DNA from: Candidatus Kerfeldbacteria bacterium
GTDB lineage: Bacteria > Patescibacteriota > Patescibacteriia > SBBC01 > CAIJZX01
Length of the DNA: 64,000 nt
Direction: 5' to 3'
NCBI GenBank assembly: GCA_016193315.1
Contig: JACPSJ010000005.1
Coordinates: 68 to 64,067, forward strand
Shown piece after piece: positions 49,955 to 60,513 of this stretch; positions within the stretch are counted from its first letter, which is position 1; the number at the start of each line of letters is the position of its first letter. The notes under the pieces are model-generated. The model was not told where the DNA came from, made no database searches, and saw only the letters and a list, made by a program, of their open reading frames with translations. The position numbers and the translations under genes were made by a program.

Positions 49955-50960
49955 CGCCATTCCCCAACGTGCCGAGATACGCGTCGATTTCGTCCACGAC
50001 CGCCAGGTTATCATCGCTCCCAGCCGCGGGCGGCGGCCGCACGACCCGGAATTCTTGCCCCCGACCCAGCCGCCACCGATCCCACCTGATCAAGATGCCT
50101 TCAGCCGCGAACGATTGCGTCACGTCCGGGCACTCCTAACTATTGGCGGCCAGCGGGCTTGGCGAGTGAAGGTGATTCATAATCTCTTTCCCGTGGTCAC
50201 GCCGGACAACCCTAAGGCCTATGGTTACCAAGAGGTAGTGATCGAGACGCCGGTCTATGGTATTGATATCTCGGCGCTGCCGGAAAACCACGTGGCTGAC
50301 ATTATCCGGGCCTACGCTCAGCGCGCTCGGGCGCTCCAGCGAGATAAACGTATTCGTTATATCCTGGTTTTTAAGAATAACGGTGGTCGGGCCGGGGCCA
50401 CCATCAATCACGCCCACTCGCAAATTTTCTCTTCGGCCTACGTCCCGCCGCACATTATTCTCCGCCGCAAACGGGCTCAGGAGTACCGCATTATTCACAA
50501 CACTGATTACTACAACGACTTGCTGGTGAAAGAAGAGGGGGGGCCACGATGGATCGCTTCGGGCAACTACGTCTGTGCCTTAACCCCCTACGCCTCGCTC
50601 TATAACTACGAGGCTTGGATCATGCCCTGGCGACGGGTTGACAACGTCGGTCAGCTCAGCGGTCACGAGATTCGCGAGATGGCTAACTACCTGAAGGCGT
50701 TGCTATCGAGGCTCTACACCGCTGGTCTGCCGTACAACTTTTATCTTCACCAGGTCGTGGGCGACCAAACCGAACACCTCTACCTCCGGATCGCGCCGCG
50801 GCGCGATGTCTGGGCCGGACTTGAGCTGGGTTCACGGCTGGTTATCAACACCGTCCCGCCAGAAGAGGCGGCGGTCTTTTACCGCTCCGCTTTTTCCAGA
50901 CGCCAACAAGCTGTAGCCGGCCCCTCGGCTGCTGGTTCTACTCGGTCAAAGAAATCTTGA
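49935..50960 (+). CDS. GalT-like (HIT-fold) hexose-1-phosphate nucleotidyltransferase
   Basis: IIAPSRGRRP, NLFP, GYQEVVIE, FKNNG..AGAT..HAHSQ, AGLELG. Confidence 0.85.
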   Translation: MPKSKASAIPQRAEIRVDFVHDRQVIIAPSRGRRPHDPEFLPPTQPPPIPPDQDAFSRERLRHVRALLTIGGQRAWRVKVIHNLFPVVTPDNPKAYGYQEVVIETPVYGIDISALPENHVADIIRAYAQRARALQRDKRIRYILVFKNNGGRAGATINHAHSQIFSSAYVPPHIILRRKRAQEYRIIHNTDYYNDLLVKEEGGPRWIASGNYVCALTPYASLYNYEAWIMPWRRVDNVGQLSGHEIREMANYLKALLSRLYTAGLPYNFYLHQVVGDQTEHLYLRIAPRRDVWAGLELGSRLVINTVPPEEAAVFYRSAFSRRQQAVAGPSAAGSTRSKKS

Positions 50961-52143
50961 CGAATCGTCGCTTACCAACCTGGAGAACGGCTCCTTCCTC
51001 AGCGACAACCGTGGCCTCCCAATCGGTAATCGGGTGCTGATTGATTTTTACGCCACCCTGCTCGATCAGGCGACGTGCCTCCGACCGGCTACTGGCTAAC
51101 TGGTGGCTGACGAGCAGGTTAATCAGCGGGTGGCGGCCGGGACGAACGGTGACCGTCGGCATCTGTCGTGGGATTTTCTTGTGCCGGAAGACCTCCGTAA
51201 ACTCTTCGGCTGCTTGGGCGGCGGCCGATCGGCCATAATAGAGTGACACGATGGCGCTCGCCAGTCGACTCTTCAGGTCGCGACGGCTTAGGTCGTGGCG
51301 ACGGAGGCTGCGTTTGGCGGCCGCCACCTCGTCGGTGGACGCCGCCGTGGCTAATTCGAAGTAGTGGACGATGAGCTTGTCTGGTAACGACATTACCTTG
51401 CCGAACATCTCGGCTGGTGAATCTTCGATGGCAATAGTATTACCGATACTTTTGCTCATCTTGTGCTTTCCGTCGGTCCCGATCAGGTAGGGGGTGAGTA
51501 TGATGTCTTGCGGTTCTTGGCCATAGGCCGTTTGGATATCCCGCCCGGCCAGGAGATTAAATTTCTGGTCAAGCCCGCCGATCTCAACGTCGGCCTTGAC
51601 CATGACTGAGTCGTATCCTTGGAGCAGGGGGTAGACGGTTTCCAGTAGGCTGAGTGGGGTCTGGCTCGTGACCCGCTGACGAAAGGTGTCGTGGGCCAAG
51701 ACCTGCTGAACCGAGAACTGACTGAGCAGCCGGAGGAAGTCTTGGCTGGCCAGGTGGTCAAACCACTCGCTGTTGTAATGAATTTCCGCTCGGCGGACAT
51801 CAACAATTCGGCCAACCTGCTTCAGGTAGCTGGCGGCGAATCGATGGATGGTATCCACGTTCAGCGCCGGTCGCTGTCGGTCGCGACCGCTCGGATCGCC
51901 GACGCGGGCGGTGAAGTCGCCGATAATAATCACCGCCCGATGGCCGGCTCGTTGCCAGTCGCGGAGCTGGCGGAGTGGCAGGGCGTGTCCGAGGTGCAAC
52001 TGGTGACTAGTGGGGTCGATCCCGTGCTTGACGCGGAGCGGTCGGTGTCGGCGGAGTTTCTGTTCGAGGCGACGACGATCGATAATCTCGGCCACGCCGC
52101 GAGTAAGAAGTTCGTTTTCGGTGCTGCTCGCGGACGAAGTCAT
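50938..52143 (-). CDS. tyrS: tyrosine--tRNA ligase
   Basis: GIDPT..LHLGH, YPLLQGYD, GGLDQKFN, KMSKS, C-terminal S4 domain. Confidence 0.96.
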   Translation of the reverse strand: MTSSASSTENELLTRGVAEIIDRRRLEQKLRRHRPLRVKHGIDPTSHQLHLGHALPLRQLRDWQRAGHRAVIIIGDFTARVGDPSGRDRQRPALNVDTIHRFAASYLKQVGRIVDVRRAEIHYNSEWFDHLASQDFLRLLSQFSVQQVLAHDTFRQRVTSQTPLSLLETVYPLLQGYDSVMVKADVEIGGLDQKFNLLAGRDIQTAYGQEPQDIILTPYLIGTDGKHKMSKSIGNTIAIEDSPAEMFGKVMSLPDKLIVHYFELATAASTDEVAAAKRSLRRHDLSRRDLKSRLASAIVSLYYGRSAAAQAAEEFTEVFRHKKIPRQMPTVTVRPGRHPLINLLVSHQLASSRSEARRLIEQGGVKINQHPITDWEATVVAEEGAVLQVGKRRFVKISLTE

Positions 52144-52192
52144 AACCACCTTGAAAGTATACCAAAGAAACGGTACCATAGACAGCGCTTCT

Positions 52193-55069
52193 ATGACGAT
52201 CTTCACCCCGCGGCCACCCCGTCCGGGCCCATCTCCGACACCGCGCCGAGCGGGACCATCTAACGCCAGCTTGCCGCCGCGAGCGTTCCCTGGCCGGCGG
52301 CCGCCGGGTCGTGGCCGGTGGAAGCGGCGCTTGCTTCTGTCCGTCATAATCGCTGGCCTGTTAGGAATCATCACCACTGTCGGCGTCGTGGCCTGGGTGT
52401 CACAGGACTTGCCTGACCCGAACCGGCTCAACGCCAGATCGGTAGCACAAAGCACAAAAATATACGCCCGTGACGGCACGACATTGTTGTACGAAATCCA
52501 CGGCGAGCAGCGTCGGACATTGGTTGAGTTGTCGGGTATCGGTCAATACACCAAACAGGCCACGCTGAGTATCGAAGACAAAGACTTCTACCGCCACCGC
52601 GGGGTGTCCTTGCGCGGGATTCTCCGGGCTCTGTTTGTTGATATCACCTCGGGCCGTAAGGCCCAGGGTGGTTCGACGATCACTCAGCAGCTGGTAAAAA
52701 ATTCCATCCTCACTCGCGAAAAGACCCTGACCAGAAAGGTGAAGGAAGTTATCTTGGCGTATCAAATCGAGCGCCGCTTCACCAAAGATCAGATCCTGAA
52801 GCTCTACTTCAATGAAATACCCTACGGCTCCAGCGCCTACGGCATTGAGGCTGCGGCCCAGACTTACTTCAACAAGCACGCGCAAGACCTCGACCTGGCC
52901 GAGAGTGCCATGTTATCGGCCATGGTCCGAGCCCCGACCTACTACTCACCGACTGGAAACCACCCTGATGAATTAGTGGCCCGTTGGCGGTACGTCCTGG
53001 ACGCTATGGCCCGCGCTGGGGCGGTTACAAAAGATCAGGCCGCGGAAGCTAAGAACGTTGATATCCTCCGTCGGGTTTCGCCCACCCGCGATCGGGTTTT
53101 AGCCCCCCACTTCGTCTTTTATGTCCGCGATATCCTGGAACAAAAATACGGGACGGCGACCGTGGAGCGTGCTGGTCTGCGGGTGGTCACGACGCTCGAC
53201 CCAGAACTGCAACGGATCGCCGAAGAAGAGGTGGCGGCCGGGGCCGAGCGGAACGAGGCTCGCTACCGGGCCACTAATGCCGCGCTGGTGGCGATCGAGC
53301 CGTCCTCCGGCCAAGTCATGGCCATGGTTGGCTCCCGGAACTTCTTTGATCTTGAGCGCGACGGAAACTTTAATGTCGCCACCGCCCTGCGCAATCCCGG
53401 CTCATCGTTCAAGCCGGTTGTTTACATGACCGCCTTTCTCAAGGGCTACACGCCGGAGACGACGCTCTTCGATCTGAAGACGAACTTTGGTCCGGACGGC
53501 TCAGGCCGTGACTTCTCGCCCAACAACTACGATGGCAAGGAGCATGGGCCGCTAACAATGCGCCAAACGTTGGCTGGTTCGCTCAACATCCCGGCCGTCA
53601 AGACGCTCTACTTGGCCGGTATCCCGGCCACCGTGGATGTTGCTAACAAGCTCGGGTATACGACTTTTGATCCACAACGCTTAGGTCTAGCCTTGGCGAT
53701 TGGCGGCGGGGCGGTCCGGTTGCTCGAACACGCCGCCGCCTTCGCCGTCCTGGCCAACGATGGCGTGCGCAATCCAACCACCCCGCTGCTGCGGATTGAG
53801 GACGCCCGCGGTAAGATTCTCGAACTCTACCAACACAAGGATGTTCGGGTCTTACCTGAACAGCCGGTTAGGCAAGTGGTCAGCATCATGTCTGATAACG
53901 CCGCTCGCTCTTTCATCTTCGGCTCCCGTAGCCCGCTCATTCTGCCCGACCGCCCGGTGGCGACCAAGACTGGTACGACCAATGATTTCCGCGATGCCTG
54001 GACGGTCGGCTTTGCTCCCCAGCTGGCAGCTGGCGTCTGGGTTGGTAACAACAATAATGAACCGATGCGCTCCGGTTCCGACGGCGTGATTGTGGCGGCG
54101 CCGATCTGGCACGAATTCATGCGTCGCGCATTGGCTGGTGACCCAGTTACTCCCTTCCCGCGACCCCGACCGAGCGACGCTAATAAGCCGGTTCTCCGCG
54201 GCCAGCTCGCGACCGAGGTCCCGATTGTGATCGACACGGTGACTGGTCGGCAGATTCCGCCGGAATGTCTGGACCGCTGGCCAAGAGAATTCACGCGCCA
54301 CCGCTTTGTCCGCGAGGTCCACACTATCCTTCATTATCTCAACCGAGACGATCCACGCGGTCCGGCCCCAGCCGACCCGACGAGGGACTCAATGTATCGC
54401 CGCTGGGAAGAGCCGGTCCGGACCTGGGCCGAGAGGAACCGCTACGTCGTCACCGCCCCGCCGCTGGAGCGCTGTACGCTCCGTGTTAGCAACAGCCAAA
54501 CGTCGATCGCTATCTCCAGCCCCGAATCGAACGAAACCGTGACGCACGCCAAGCTGGCGGTTAAGGTCACTGTCCGGTCCAACACCGCCGTGGAGGCAGT
54601 CAAGTACTACCTCGACGATGAGTTACTAATGACCAGCACCAAGGCGCCGTACGGCGTCACCTTGGACCTCAGTGGCGTGGCCAATGGTTTTCGGGCGCTG
54701 CGGGCAGAGCTGGTGGCCGAGGACCGTACGGTCTCTGCTTCAGTCTCGATCAATGTTCTGTCCAACCAGTCAGTAGCCGCCCTGTACTTTGTCGATCCTG
54801 CGCCGCAGGTCGTCGTGCGCGTCGCCGACTTCCCCCGCCAGGTTCGAGTCTTTGCCTACGACCCAGCCGGCATCGACCGTTTAACGCTCTATCTGCGGCG
54901 ACCGGATGGCGTGGCCACTGAACTTGATTCTGTTTCGCTCCCCGCCGGGGCAAATCACGTGCTCTCGTGGCCAACCACTGAACCTGGTTCATACTCTCTC
55001 TACCTGACTGTCAAAAGTAAGTCCGGACAAGTTACCCAGAGCGACCTGCTGCCGGTTTCTGTTACCTAG
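52193..55069 (+). CDS. class A penicillin-binding protein (PBP1A) with C-terminal Ig-like domains
   Basis: EDKDFY.H.G, GGSTITQQLVKN, SSFK, SLN, KTGT. Confidence 0.93.
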   Translation: MTIFTPRPPRPGPSPTPRRAGPSNASLPPRAFPGRRPPGRGRWKRRLLLSVIIAGLLGIITTVGVVAWVSQDLPDPNRLNARSVAQSTKIYARDGTTLLYEIHGEQRRTLVELSGIGQYTKQATLSIEDKDFYRHRGVSLRGILRALFVDITSGRKAQGGSTITQQLVKNSILTREKTLTRKVKEVILAYQIERRFTKDQILKLYFNEIPYGSSAYGIEAAAQTYFNKHAQDLDLAESAMLSAMVRAPTYYSPTGNHPDELVARWRYVLDAMARAGAVTKDQAAEAKNVDILRRVSPTRDRVLAPHFVFYVRDILEQKYGTATVERAGLRVVTTLDPELQRIAEEEVAAGAERNEARYRATNAALVAIEPSSGQVMAMVGSRNFFDLERDGNFNVATALRNPGSSFKPVVYMTAFLKGYTPETTLFDLKTNFGPDGSGRDFSPNNYDGKEHGPLTMRQTLAGSLNIPAVKTLYLAGIPATVDVANKLGYTTFDPQRLGLALAIGGGAVRLLEHAAAFAVLANDGVRNPTTPLLRIEDARGKILELYQHKDVRVLPEQPVRQVVSIMSDNAARSFIFGSRSPLILPDRPVATKTGTTNDFRDAWTVGFAPQLAAGVWVGNNNNEPMRSGSDGVIVAAPIWHEFMRRALAGDPVTPFPRPRPSDANKPVLRGQLATEVPIVIDTVTGRQIPPECLDRWPREFTRHRFVREVHTILHYLNRDDPRGPAPADPTRDSMYRRWEEPVRTWAERNRYVVTAPPLERCTLRVSNSQTSIAISSPESNETVTHAKLAVKVTVRSNTAVEAVKYYLDDELLMTSTKAPYGVTLDLSGVANGFRALRAELVAEDRTVSASVSINVLSNQSVAALYFVDPAPQVVVRVADFPRQVRVFAYDPAGIDRLTLYLRRPDGVATELDSVSLPAGANHVLSWPTTEPGSYSLYLTVKSKSGQVTQSDLLPVSVT

Positions 55070-55377
55070 CCCTGCCGGGTGACGATGCGATTGATGGTCG
55101 GTGGTGAACCGAGCGCTAACGACAATCGTCGGTTTGCGCGGTCGATAATCTCCGGCTGGTACATCTGGATAAAGCCGGCAATTGCTCCGTGACTGACGCG
55201 GACCACAACCGTACCATGCTTGAATGAAATGGCTTTGGCCTGATCCCGGTGTGGTCGCAGGACGGACGCTAGGGCCTCGTTGACGGCGCCCAACACCGCG
55301 GTGGCGAACCGCTCATGTCCGGCCGTTTCGTCTCTTGTCAGCCGACCAAGGATGCGGCTGATCGGTTCCAGGGTCAC
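55066..55377 (-). CDS. DciA/DUF721 family protein
   Basis: Immediately downstream of dnaN; AKAISFKHGTVVVRV pattern. Confidence 0.7.
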   Translation of the reverse strand: MTLEPISRILGRLTRDETAGHERFATAVLGAVNEALASVLRPHRDQAKAISFKHGTVVVRVSHGAIAGFIQMYQPEIIDRANRRLSLALGSPPTINRIVTRQG

Positions 55378-56477
55378 TGCCGAATCGGCATCAGCAGGTA
55401 GAGTTCGTCGCGGCGTGACGGCCCGCGGATAACACCCGGGGCCTGGCTGTCGGTCAGCTCAAGGATGACCTCTTCGTCCGCGATGCTTTGCAACCCCTCG
55501 AGTAGGTAGCGATAGTTAAAAACGATGGTGTTGTCCTGACCCTCAACCTTAGTCTCGAGGCGGGCTTCGTGTTCGCCGAGCTGTGCGTTTGCGGCTTGGA
55601 GCACCAGTTGTTGTCGGCCCGAATCGACGCGGATGGTGAGGTCGTTTATTCCGGGTTTACAAAACAGGCTGGCGGCACGAATATTCGTGACCAGCGCCTC
55701 GCGTCCGATCGTCATCTTTGTTTGCCATTGCTGCGGGATGATTTGCTGGTAGTCTGGATACCGGCCTTCGATCAGGCGAGTTACGATCTCGGTCTCGCCG
55801 AGTCGGACGAGGGCTTGATTGTCGCCGATGGTCATGGTTATCTCCGCTTCGTCTGGAGACAGGAGGCGCAACAATTCTTGGGCCGCCCGGGCGGGAATAA
55901 TAATCTCTCGCTTCGCCGACACGGGCTGTGTAATTTCGGCTCGTCGTTCGGCTAGACGATAGCTGTCGGTCGCGGCCAAGACGAGACTCAAGCCCTCGAG
56001 CGCTAGATAGACGCCGGAAATCTCTGGTCGCGATTCGTCGTTGGCCGCCGCAAAGAGCACGCCTTCGAGACCACGCTGGATCAGACGGCTGGCGGCTGCT
56101 GTCATTACGCCGTCGGCGACGTTCGGGAGTACAGGAAATTCATCGGCGCTGATACCTTTCATAGTCGTGCGGGTGTGTCCCGAGACGACGGTCAAGCCGC
56201 TGGCCGATAATTCGCATGTTACCCGTTCGTGTTCGAGAAGGTTAACAAAATCTGTCAGCAGGCGTGACTGGACGGTGTATCGACCAGGCTGTTCGACCTT
56301 GCCTCGAATATGGGCGGTGATGCCGAGTTCCAGATTGGTTGTTTGTAGGATGATCCCTTTTGGTTCGGCTTGAATCAATACATTGTTGAGGATTGGAAGA
56401 GCTAGGTTCTTGCTGGCTGCACGGTTCACAATTTGCAACCCCCGCGCCAGGTTCTCTTGGGTACAAATAAATTTCAT
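55374..56477 (-). CDS. dnaN: DNA polymerase III beta clamp
   Basis: MKFICTQENL, LPILNNVL, ATDSYRL, RLIEGRYPDY, LLMPI. Confidence 0.96.
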   Translation of the reverse strand: MKFICTQENLARGLQIVNRAASKNLALPILNNVLIQAEPKGIILQTTNLELGITAHIRGKVEQPGRYTVQSRLLTDFVNLLEHERVTCELSASGLTVVSGHTRTTMKGISADEFPVLPNVADGVMTAAASRLIQRGLEGVLFAAANDESRPEISGVYLALEGLSLVLAATDSYRLAERRAEITQPVSAKREIIIPARAAQELLRLLSPDEAEITMTIGDNQALVRLGETEIVTRLIEGRYPDYQQIIPQQWQTKMTIGREALVTNIRAASLFCKPGINDLTIRVDSGRQQLVLQAANAQLGEHEARLETKVEGQDNTIVFNYRYLLEGLQSIADEEVILELTDSQAPGVIRGPSRRDELYLLMPIRQ

Positions 56478-56726
56478 AATAATCCTTGGTGGTAACAATA
56501 AGGGCTGTGGACGGAGTGGACAACCCCACCAACCCGTCTGGCTAGGGCCTCAAGAGAAAGGTACTCAACCGAAACCCTGTGGGCAAGAACCGCACGCCCT
56601 GTCGATAGATAATCAAGCACTAACTGCGCCGCCGAAACCACTCCACTGTTTATTAAGAATGCATTCAGGCGGCACCCAACGCTATTCCCCACCACCGACC
56701 GACTTATCCCGCCCCCATCCTCATCA

Positions 56727-58094
56727 TTAACCAACATAGAGTCGCTGTTTAATCATGGCGATGTCTTGTTTTAACTTTTCGTCGCGCCCGAGCTGATCGG
56801 TAATTTTCGTGCAGGCGTGCATGGCGGTAGTGTGGTCTCGCCCACCCAACTCGTGGCCGATGGAGGGGTAGGAGGAGCGCAGCTCTTCACGGAGCAGAAA
56901 CATCGCGATCTGACGCGGTTCCACCAGCTCCTTCTTACGGCTGGCGCCGACCAAATCGTCGATACGGAGGTCAAAAAAGGTGGCCACTGTCTGGACTAAC
57001 TGTTTTGGCGTGATGCCGCCGCGGCGCGGGGCGTGGACCAATGAACCCAGGATCGCCCGGGCACTTTCAATTGTCGGAGCGGTCCGGTTGAGACCGTGAT
57101 ACGCCAGCAGGCGGTTGAGGGCACCCTCAAGCTCGCGAATATTGCTCTGGACCACCGAAGCAATGTATGAAACAATCTCTTGGTTCAGCGTCGCCTGTCG
57201 TTCGCGGCACTTTGCTTCGAGGATGGCAATCCTGGTTTCGAGGTCTGGTTGGGCGATATCGGCGATCATCCCCCACTCGAAACGAGACAGCAGTCGGGCC
57301 TCCAAAGAGGCGATCGACTTTGGTGGTCGATCAGAGGTAATGACTATTTGTTTATTCGCTTGATGGAGAGCATTGAAGGTGTGGAAGAACTCTTCCTGCG
57401 TGCCCTCCTTGCCCGACAGAAACTGAATGTCGTCGATCAGGAGCGCATCAACGCCACGGTAGTAGTTTTTAAACTTTTCGGCGCTGCCTCGTGAGACCGC
57501 CTGGATGAATTCATTGGTGAACCGTTCGGACGAGACGTAAAGAACCTTTTTATGCGGCTCGCGGCCGAGAATTTCTTGACCGATAGCCTGGATGAGGTGT
57601 GTCTTTCCCAAACCGACGCCACCGTAAATAAAGAGCGGGTTGTAGACCCGCCCCGGTTTATCCGCCACCGCCTTGGCGGCTGCCCGCGCCAGCTCGTTTC
57701 CCTTACCAACCACGAACAGGCCAAAGGTGTATTTAGGATCGAGCCCAGTGCGGGCCAGCAGCTCACGGTCGGGGGCGGTTTCAGCCCGCGCCGGCCGGCC
57801 GGTTGACGCGGTGGCCGCGGCCAACGTCTCAGCCGCCCGCTGGCGGAGCTCAACGCGGTACTCGACAACCTCAACGGCCTTGTTGCTGGCGCTGTGGAGG
57901 GCCCGAAGAATAGCCTGATGGTATTTTGATTCTAACCAGGCCTTCGTGAATCCATTCGGCACGCCAACAACCACCCGACGGCCGTCGTAATCAATAACGA
58001 ATGTATTTTTGAACCAGGTGGTGAAATTGGCCTTACTCAGCAGGAGCTCCAACTCTCCTAAAGCCGCACGCCACAACTGCTCATTGGTCATCAT
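56727..58094 (-). CDS. dnaA: chromosomal replication initiator DnaA
   Basis: YNPLFIYGGVGLGKTHL, LLIDDIQF, GGRDHTT. Confidence 0.97.
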   Translation of the reverse strand: MMTNEQLWRAALGELELLLSKANFTTWFKNTFVIDYDGRRVVVGVPNGFTKAWLESKYHQAILRALHSASNKAVEVVEYRVELRQRAAETLAAATASTGRPARAETAPDRELLARTGLDPKYTFGLFVVGKGNELARAAAKAVADKPGRVYNPLFIYGGVGLGKTHLIQAIGQEILGREPHKKVLYVSSERFTNEFIQAVSRGSAEKFKNYYRGVDALLIDDIQFLSGKEGTQEEFFHTFNALHQANKQIVITSDRPPKSIASLEARLLSRFEWGMIADIAQPDLETRIAILEAKCRERQATLNQEIVSYIASVVQSNIRELEGALNRLLAYHGLNRTAPTIESARAILGSLVHAPRRGGITPKQLVQTVATFFDLRIDDLVGASRKKELVEPRQIAMFLLREELRSSYPSIGHELGGRDHTTAMHACTKITDQLGRDEKLKQDIAMIKQRLYVG

Positions 58095-58139
58095 AATTAG
58101 AGAGACCAATCAAAGCCCAAGGAGTTCATAATAGCACAA

Positions 58140-58215
58140 TGTGAATGACCCAAAAATCGCTTACCTTAGCCAAAAAGTTAATATCCTGTGGATAACTTGT
58201 GTAGTGAATAATACC
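58140..58215. promoter_or_regulatory. DnaA boxes / probable oriC region
   Basis: Perfect TGTGGATAA (TTATCCACA) at 58187-58195 plus degenerate boxes; further degenerate boxes in the dnaA-dnaN spacer. Confidence 0.6.
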
Positions 58216-58284
58216 CCCTCCTCCAATCCCCCACAAAGGTTTGACCCAGTTGCCTAGCGCCTGATACACTGACCAAGCTCTGCT

Positions 58285-58422
58285 ATGCCAAAACGCACGT
58301 ACCAGCCGAAGAAAAGACGCCGATTGAGAGTCCACGGCTGGCGCCGCCGCCAACGTTCCCCCGGCGGCCGCCAGGTACTGCGACGGCGACGCAGCAAGCG
58401 CCGGCACCGCCTGTCGATCTAG
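58285..58422 (+). CDS. rpmH: 50S ribosomal protein L34 (absent from the ORF track)
   Basis: [45 protein letters not shown]. Confidence 0.95.
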   Translation: MPKRTYQPKKRRRLRVHGWRRRQRSPGGRQVLRRRRSKRRHRLSI

Positions 58423-58425
58423 CCA

Positions 58426-58773
58426 ATGCTCCCACGGTCGAGGCGACTCTACACGGAGCGTCAGCTCCGAACCGTCCTCCGTACCGGCCGGACGACCCGC
58501 GGTCAACACCTCGTCATCCGTTGGAAGGCCAACCACCTGTCCCGCCACCGCTTTGGGTTCATTGTCGGGCGTCGGTCGGCCCGGCGGGCCGTGGATCGTA
58601 ACTCTCTAAAACGGCGTCTCCGCCACGCGGCCTCCACGGTGGTGGCCGGTCCGCCGCACGCTGACGTCGTGGTGACGGTCCAACCCACTGCCATCGCCCA
58701 GCCGCCCCACCAATTGACCGAGGAATTCCATCGTCTCTGCCGCTATGCCCTTCGCCCAACGTCTCGTCGTTAA
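58426..58773 (+). CDS. rnpA: ribonuclease P protein
   Basis: RFGFIVGRR..RAVDRNSLKRRLR; synteny. Confidence 0.93.
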   Translation: MLPRSRRLYTERQLRTVLRTGRTTRGQHLVIRWKANHLSRHRFGFIVGRRSARRAVDRNSLKRRLRHAASTVVAGPPHADVVVTVQPTAIAQPPHQLTEEFHRLCRYALRPTSRR

Positions 58774-58996
58774 CGTCATTCGCCTCTACCAACGAACGGT
58801 CTCGCCAGACCATGGTTGGTGGCGTAATCGTTACCCGCTCGGTTGGTGCCGATATTACCCGAGCTGTTCCGAGTATGGGCGGCAGGCGATCGTGCGCTTC
58901 GGTCTGCGACGCGGCGTCCTACTCAGCCTGCGCCGGCTGGTTCGCTGTCATCCTTGGAGCCCGGGCGGACTTGATCCGTTGGCGCCACGACCGTGA
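58745..58996 (+). CDS. yidD: membrane protein insertion efficiency factor
   Basis: YQRTVSPDH, CRYYPSCSEY, RCHPW. Confidence 0.93.
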   Translation: MPFAQRLVVNVIRLYQRTVSPDHGWWRNRYPLGWCRYYPSCSEYGRQAIVRFGLRRGVLLSLRRLVRCHPWSPGGLDPLAPRP

Positions 58997-59775
58997 ACGT
59001 CTTTACCACCTTCATCTACCAACCAATTTTCAACGCCCTGCTTTTTATTCACAAGACATTGCCCGGCGGCGACCTCGGCCTAGCCATTATCGTGATCACC
59101 GCCCTGATCAAGCTCATTCTTTACAGCCCGTCATTAGCCGCCATCCGCGCCTCGCGGCAGCTGGCCGGACTGCAACCACAGTTGAAGGAACTACAAGAAC
59201 GGTACAAGAACGACCGGTCACGGCTGGCCGAGGAACAAATGAAGCTGTACCGCCAAAGCAAGGTCAACCCGCTCTCTTCGTGCCTGCCAGCGCTGGTTCA
59301 GATTCCCATTCTGTACGCGCTGTTCCTGGTCTTTTTTAAGGGACTGCAGGTCGACAGCCAGGGGCTGATCGTCGGCGAGCAGCTGCAGCTCATCTACTCT
59401 GGGTGGCGGGAGTACTATGCCACCACCCCGCTCAACGCCACCTTCCTGAACTTCGTTGATTTAGCCAAGAACCACAACCTCGTCTTGTCAGTATTGGCGG
59501 GCGCCACTCAGTTCTGGCAGACAAAGATGTTGGTCGCGCCGAAGGAACCGAAGGTGCCGGGCGCCAAAGATGAGGCCCTGACCAGCACCATGAATCGCCA
59601 AATGACCTATATTTTTCCGGCCGTCACCGTCTACATCGCCTACACATTTCCGGCCGGCCTAGCGCTCTACTGGACGGCCTCGACGCTCTTCACGGTCGGC
59701 CAGCAATACCTTTTTCTGCGCCGCCATCCGCTACGACCGGCGCCATCACCGCCCGACCATGAGCCAACCGCTTAG
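58993..59775 (+). CDS. yidC: membrane protein insertase YidC (short form)
   Basis: GLAII..T.LIK.IL, LQPQLKELQ, NPLSSCLP.LVQIP, GLALYW. Confidence 0.93.
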   Translation: MNVFTTFIYQPIFNALLFIHKTLPGGDLGLAIIVITALIKLILYSPSLAAIRASRQLAGLQPQLKELQERYKNDRSRLAEEQMKLYRQSKVNPLSSCLPALVQIPILYALFLVFFKGLQVDSQGLIVGEQLQLIYSGWREYYATTPLNATFLNFVDLAKNHNLVLSVLAGATQFWQTKMLVAPKEPKVPGAKDEALTSTMNRQMTYIFPAVTVYIAYTFPAGLALYWTASTLFTVGQQYLFLRRHPLRPAPSPPDHEPTA

Positions 59776-60022
59776 TCCGCTCCGCCGACCAGTCAGAACC
59801 GAATCCGGCCGCTATCTCGGGCACGTGGTTGACGTCACAGTCGAGCCCGACACGCAGGCTATCGTGACCTACCATGTCAAGCCGAGCCGGCTCGTTCCAG
59901 ACGTGGTCAGCACACCCCTCATCATCCACCGCAGCCAAGTGATCGAGCTGAACGACCGCGAGTTGATCGTTGAAGACGCCGCGCAAAAAGAATCGGCGGC
60001 CATGGCGGCCTCGAACGCCTAG
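59759..60022 (+). CDS. PRC-barrel domain protein
   Basis: PVRTESGRYLGHVVDVTVE. Confidence 0.75.
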   Translation: MSQPLSPLRRPVRTESGRYLGHVVDVTVEPDTQAIVTYHVKPSRLVPDVVSTPLIIHRSQVIELNDRELIVEDAAQKESAAMAASNA

Positions 60023-60491
60023 GCGACGAACGCCACAGCCGGGCTAGCCGGCCATGGTAGGCATGAGACAGGCTGATCCTCAGTCTTGGGCCGAACGGGC
60101 GCCAAGGCAAACGTTCCGGCCACTCAATAATCACCAATGTCGATCGGTCGCGGAGCGCCTCGGGGAGACCGAGTGGCCCAACCTCATTGGCGTGCCGCAG
60201 TCGATAAGCGTCGCAATGAACAACTTGTCGCCAGCCGCGATGAGGACGATGGATTTTTAGCAAGGCGAAGGTCGGGCTGGTGATCCTGGCCCGAACACCG
60301 AGCGCGCGGAGAGCACCACGGACGAGCGTCGTTTTCCCACTCCCGAGTGGTCCGCGGACTAACCACAGCCGAACCGATCGATCGCGAGCCAACCAACGAC
60401 CAAGCCTGGCCGTGGCCGCAGCAGATGGCAAGCGTATTGACAGCCGGTCAGGGGCCTGGTAAGCTCCGGTATTCTTTTTTCCACTCGCCAT
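59922..60491 (-). CDS. tsaE: tRNA threonylcarbamoyladenosine ATPase TsaE
   Basis: GPLGSGKTT, ITSPTF, HCDAYRL, IIEWPE. Confidence 0.9.
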   Translation of the reverse strand: MASGKKNTGAYQAPDRLSIRLPSAAATARLGRWLARDRSVRLWLVRGPLGSGKTTLVRGALRALGVRARITSPTFALLKIHRPHRGWRQVVHCDAYRLRHANEVGPLGLPEALRDRSTLVIIEWPERLPWRPFGPRLRISLSHAYHGRLARLWRSSPRRSRPPWPPILFARRLQRSTRGRSARSLGCGG

Positions 60492-60513
60492 TGTCGTCGC
60501 TTCGTCTTTAACC

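Noticed and set aside
50938-52479. Long N-terminal extensions of tyrS and PBP1A in the ORF track (also ruvC, PMT, tsaE, GalT)
   Set aside because: Artefacts of upstream alternative starts in GC-rich DNA; conserved domains begin at the later ATGs
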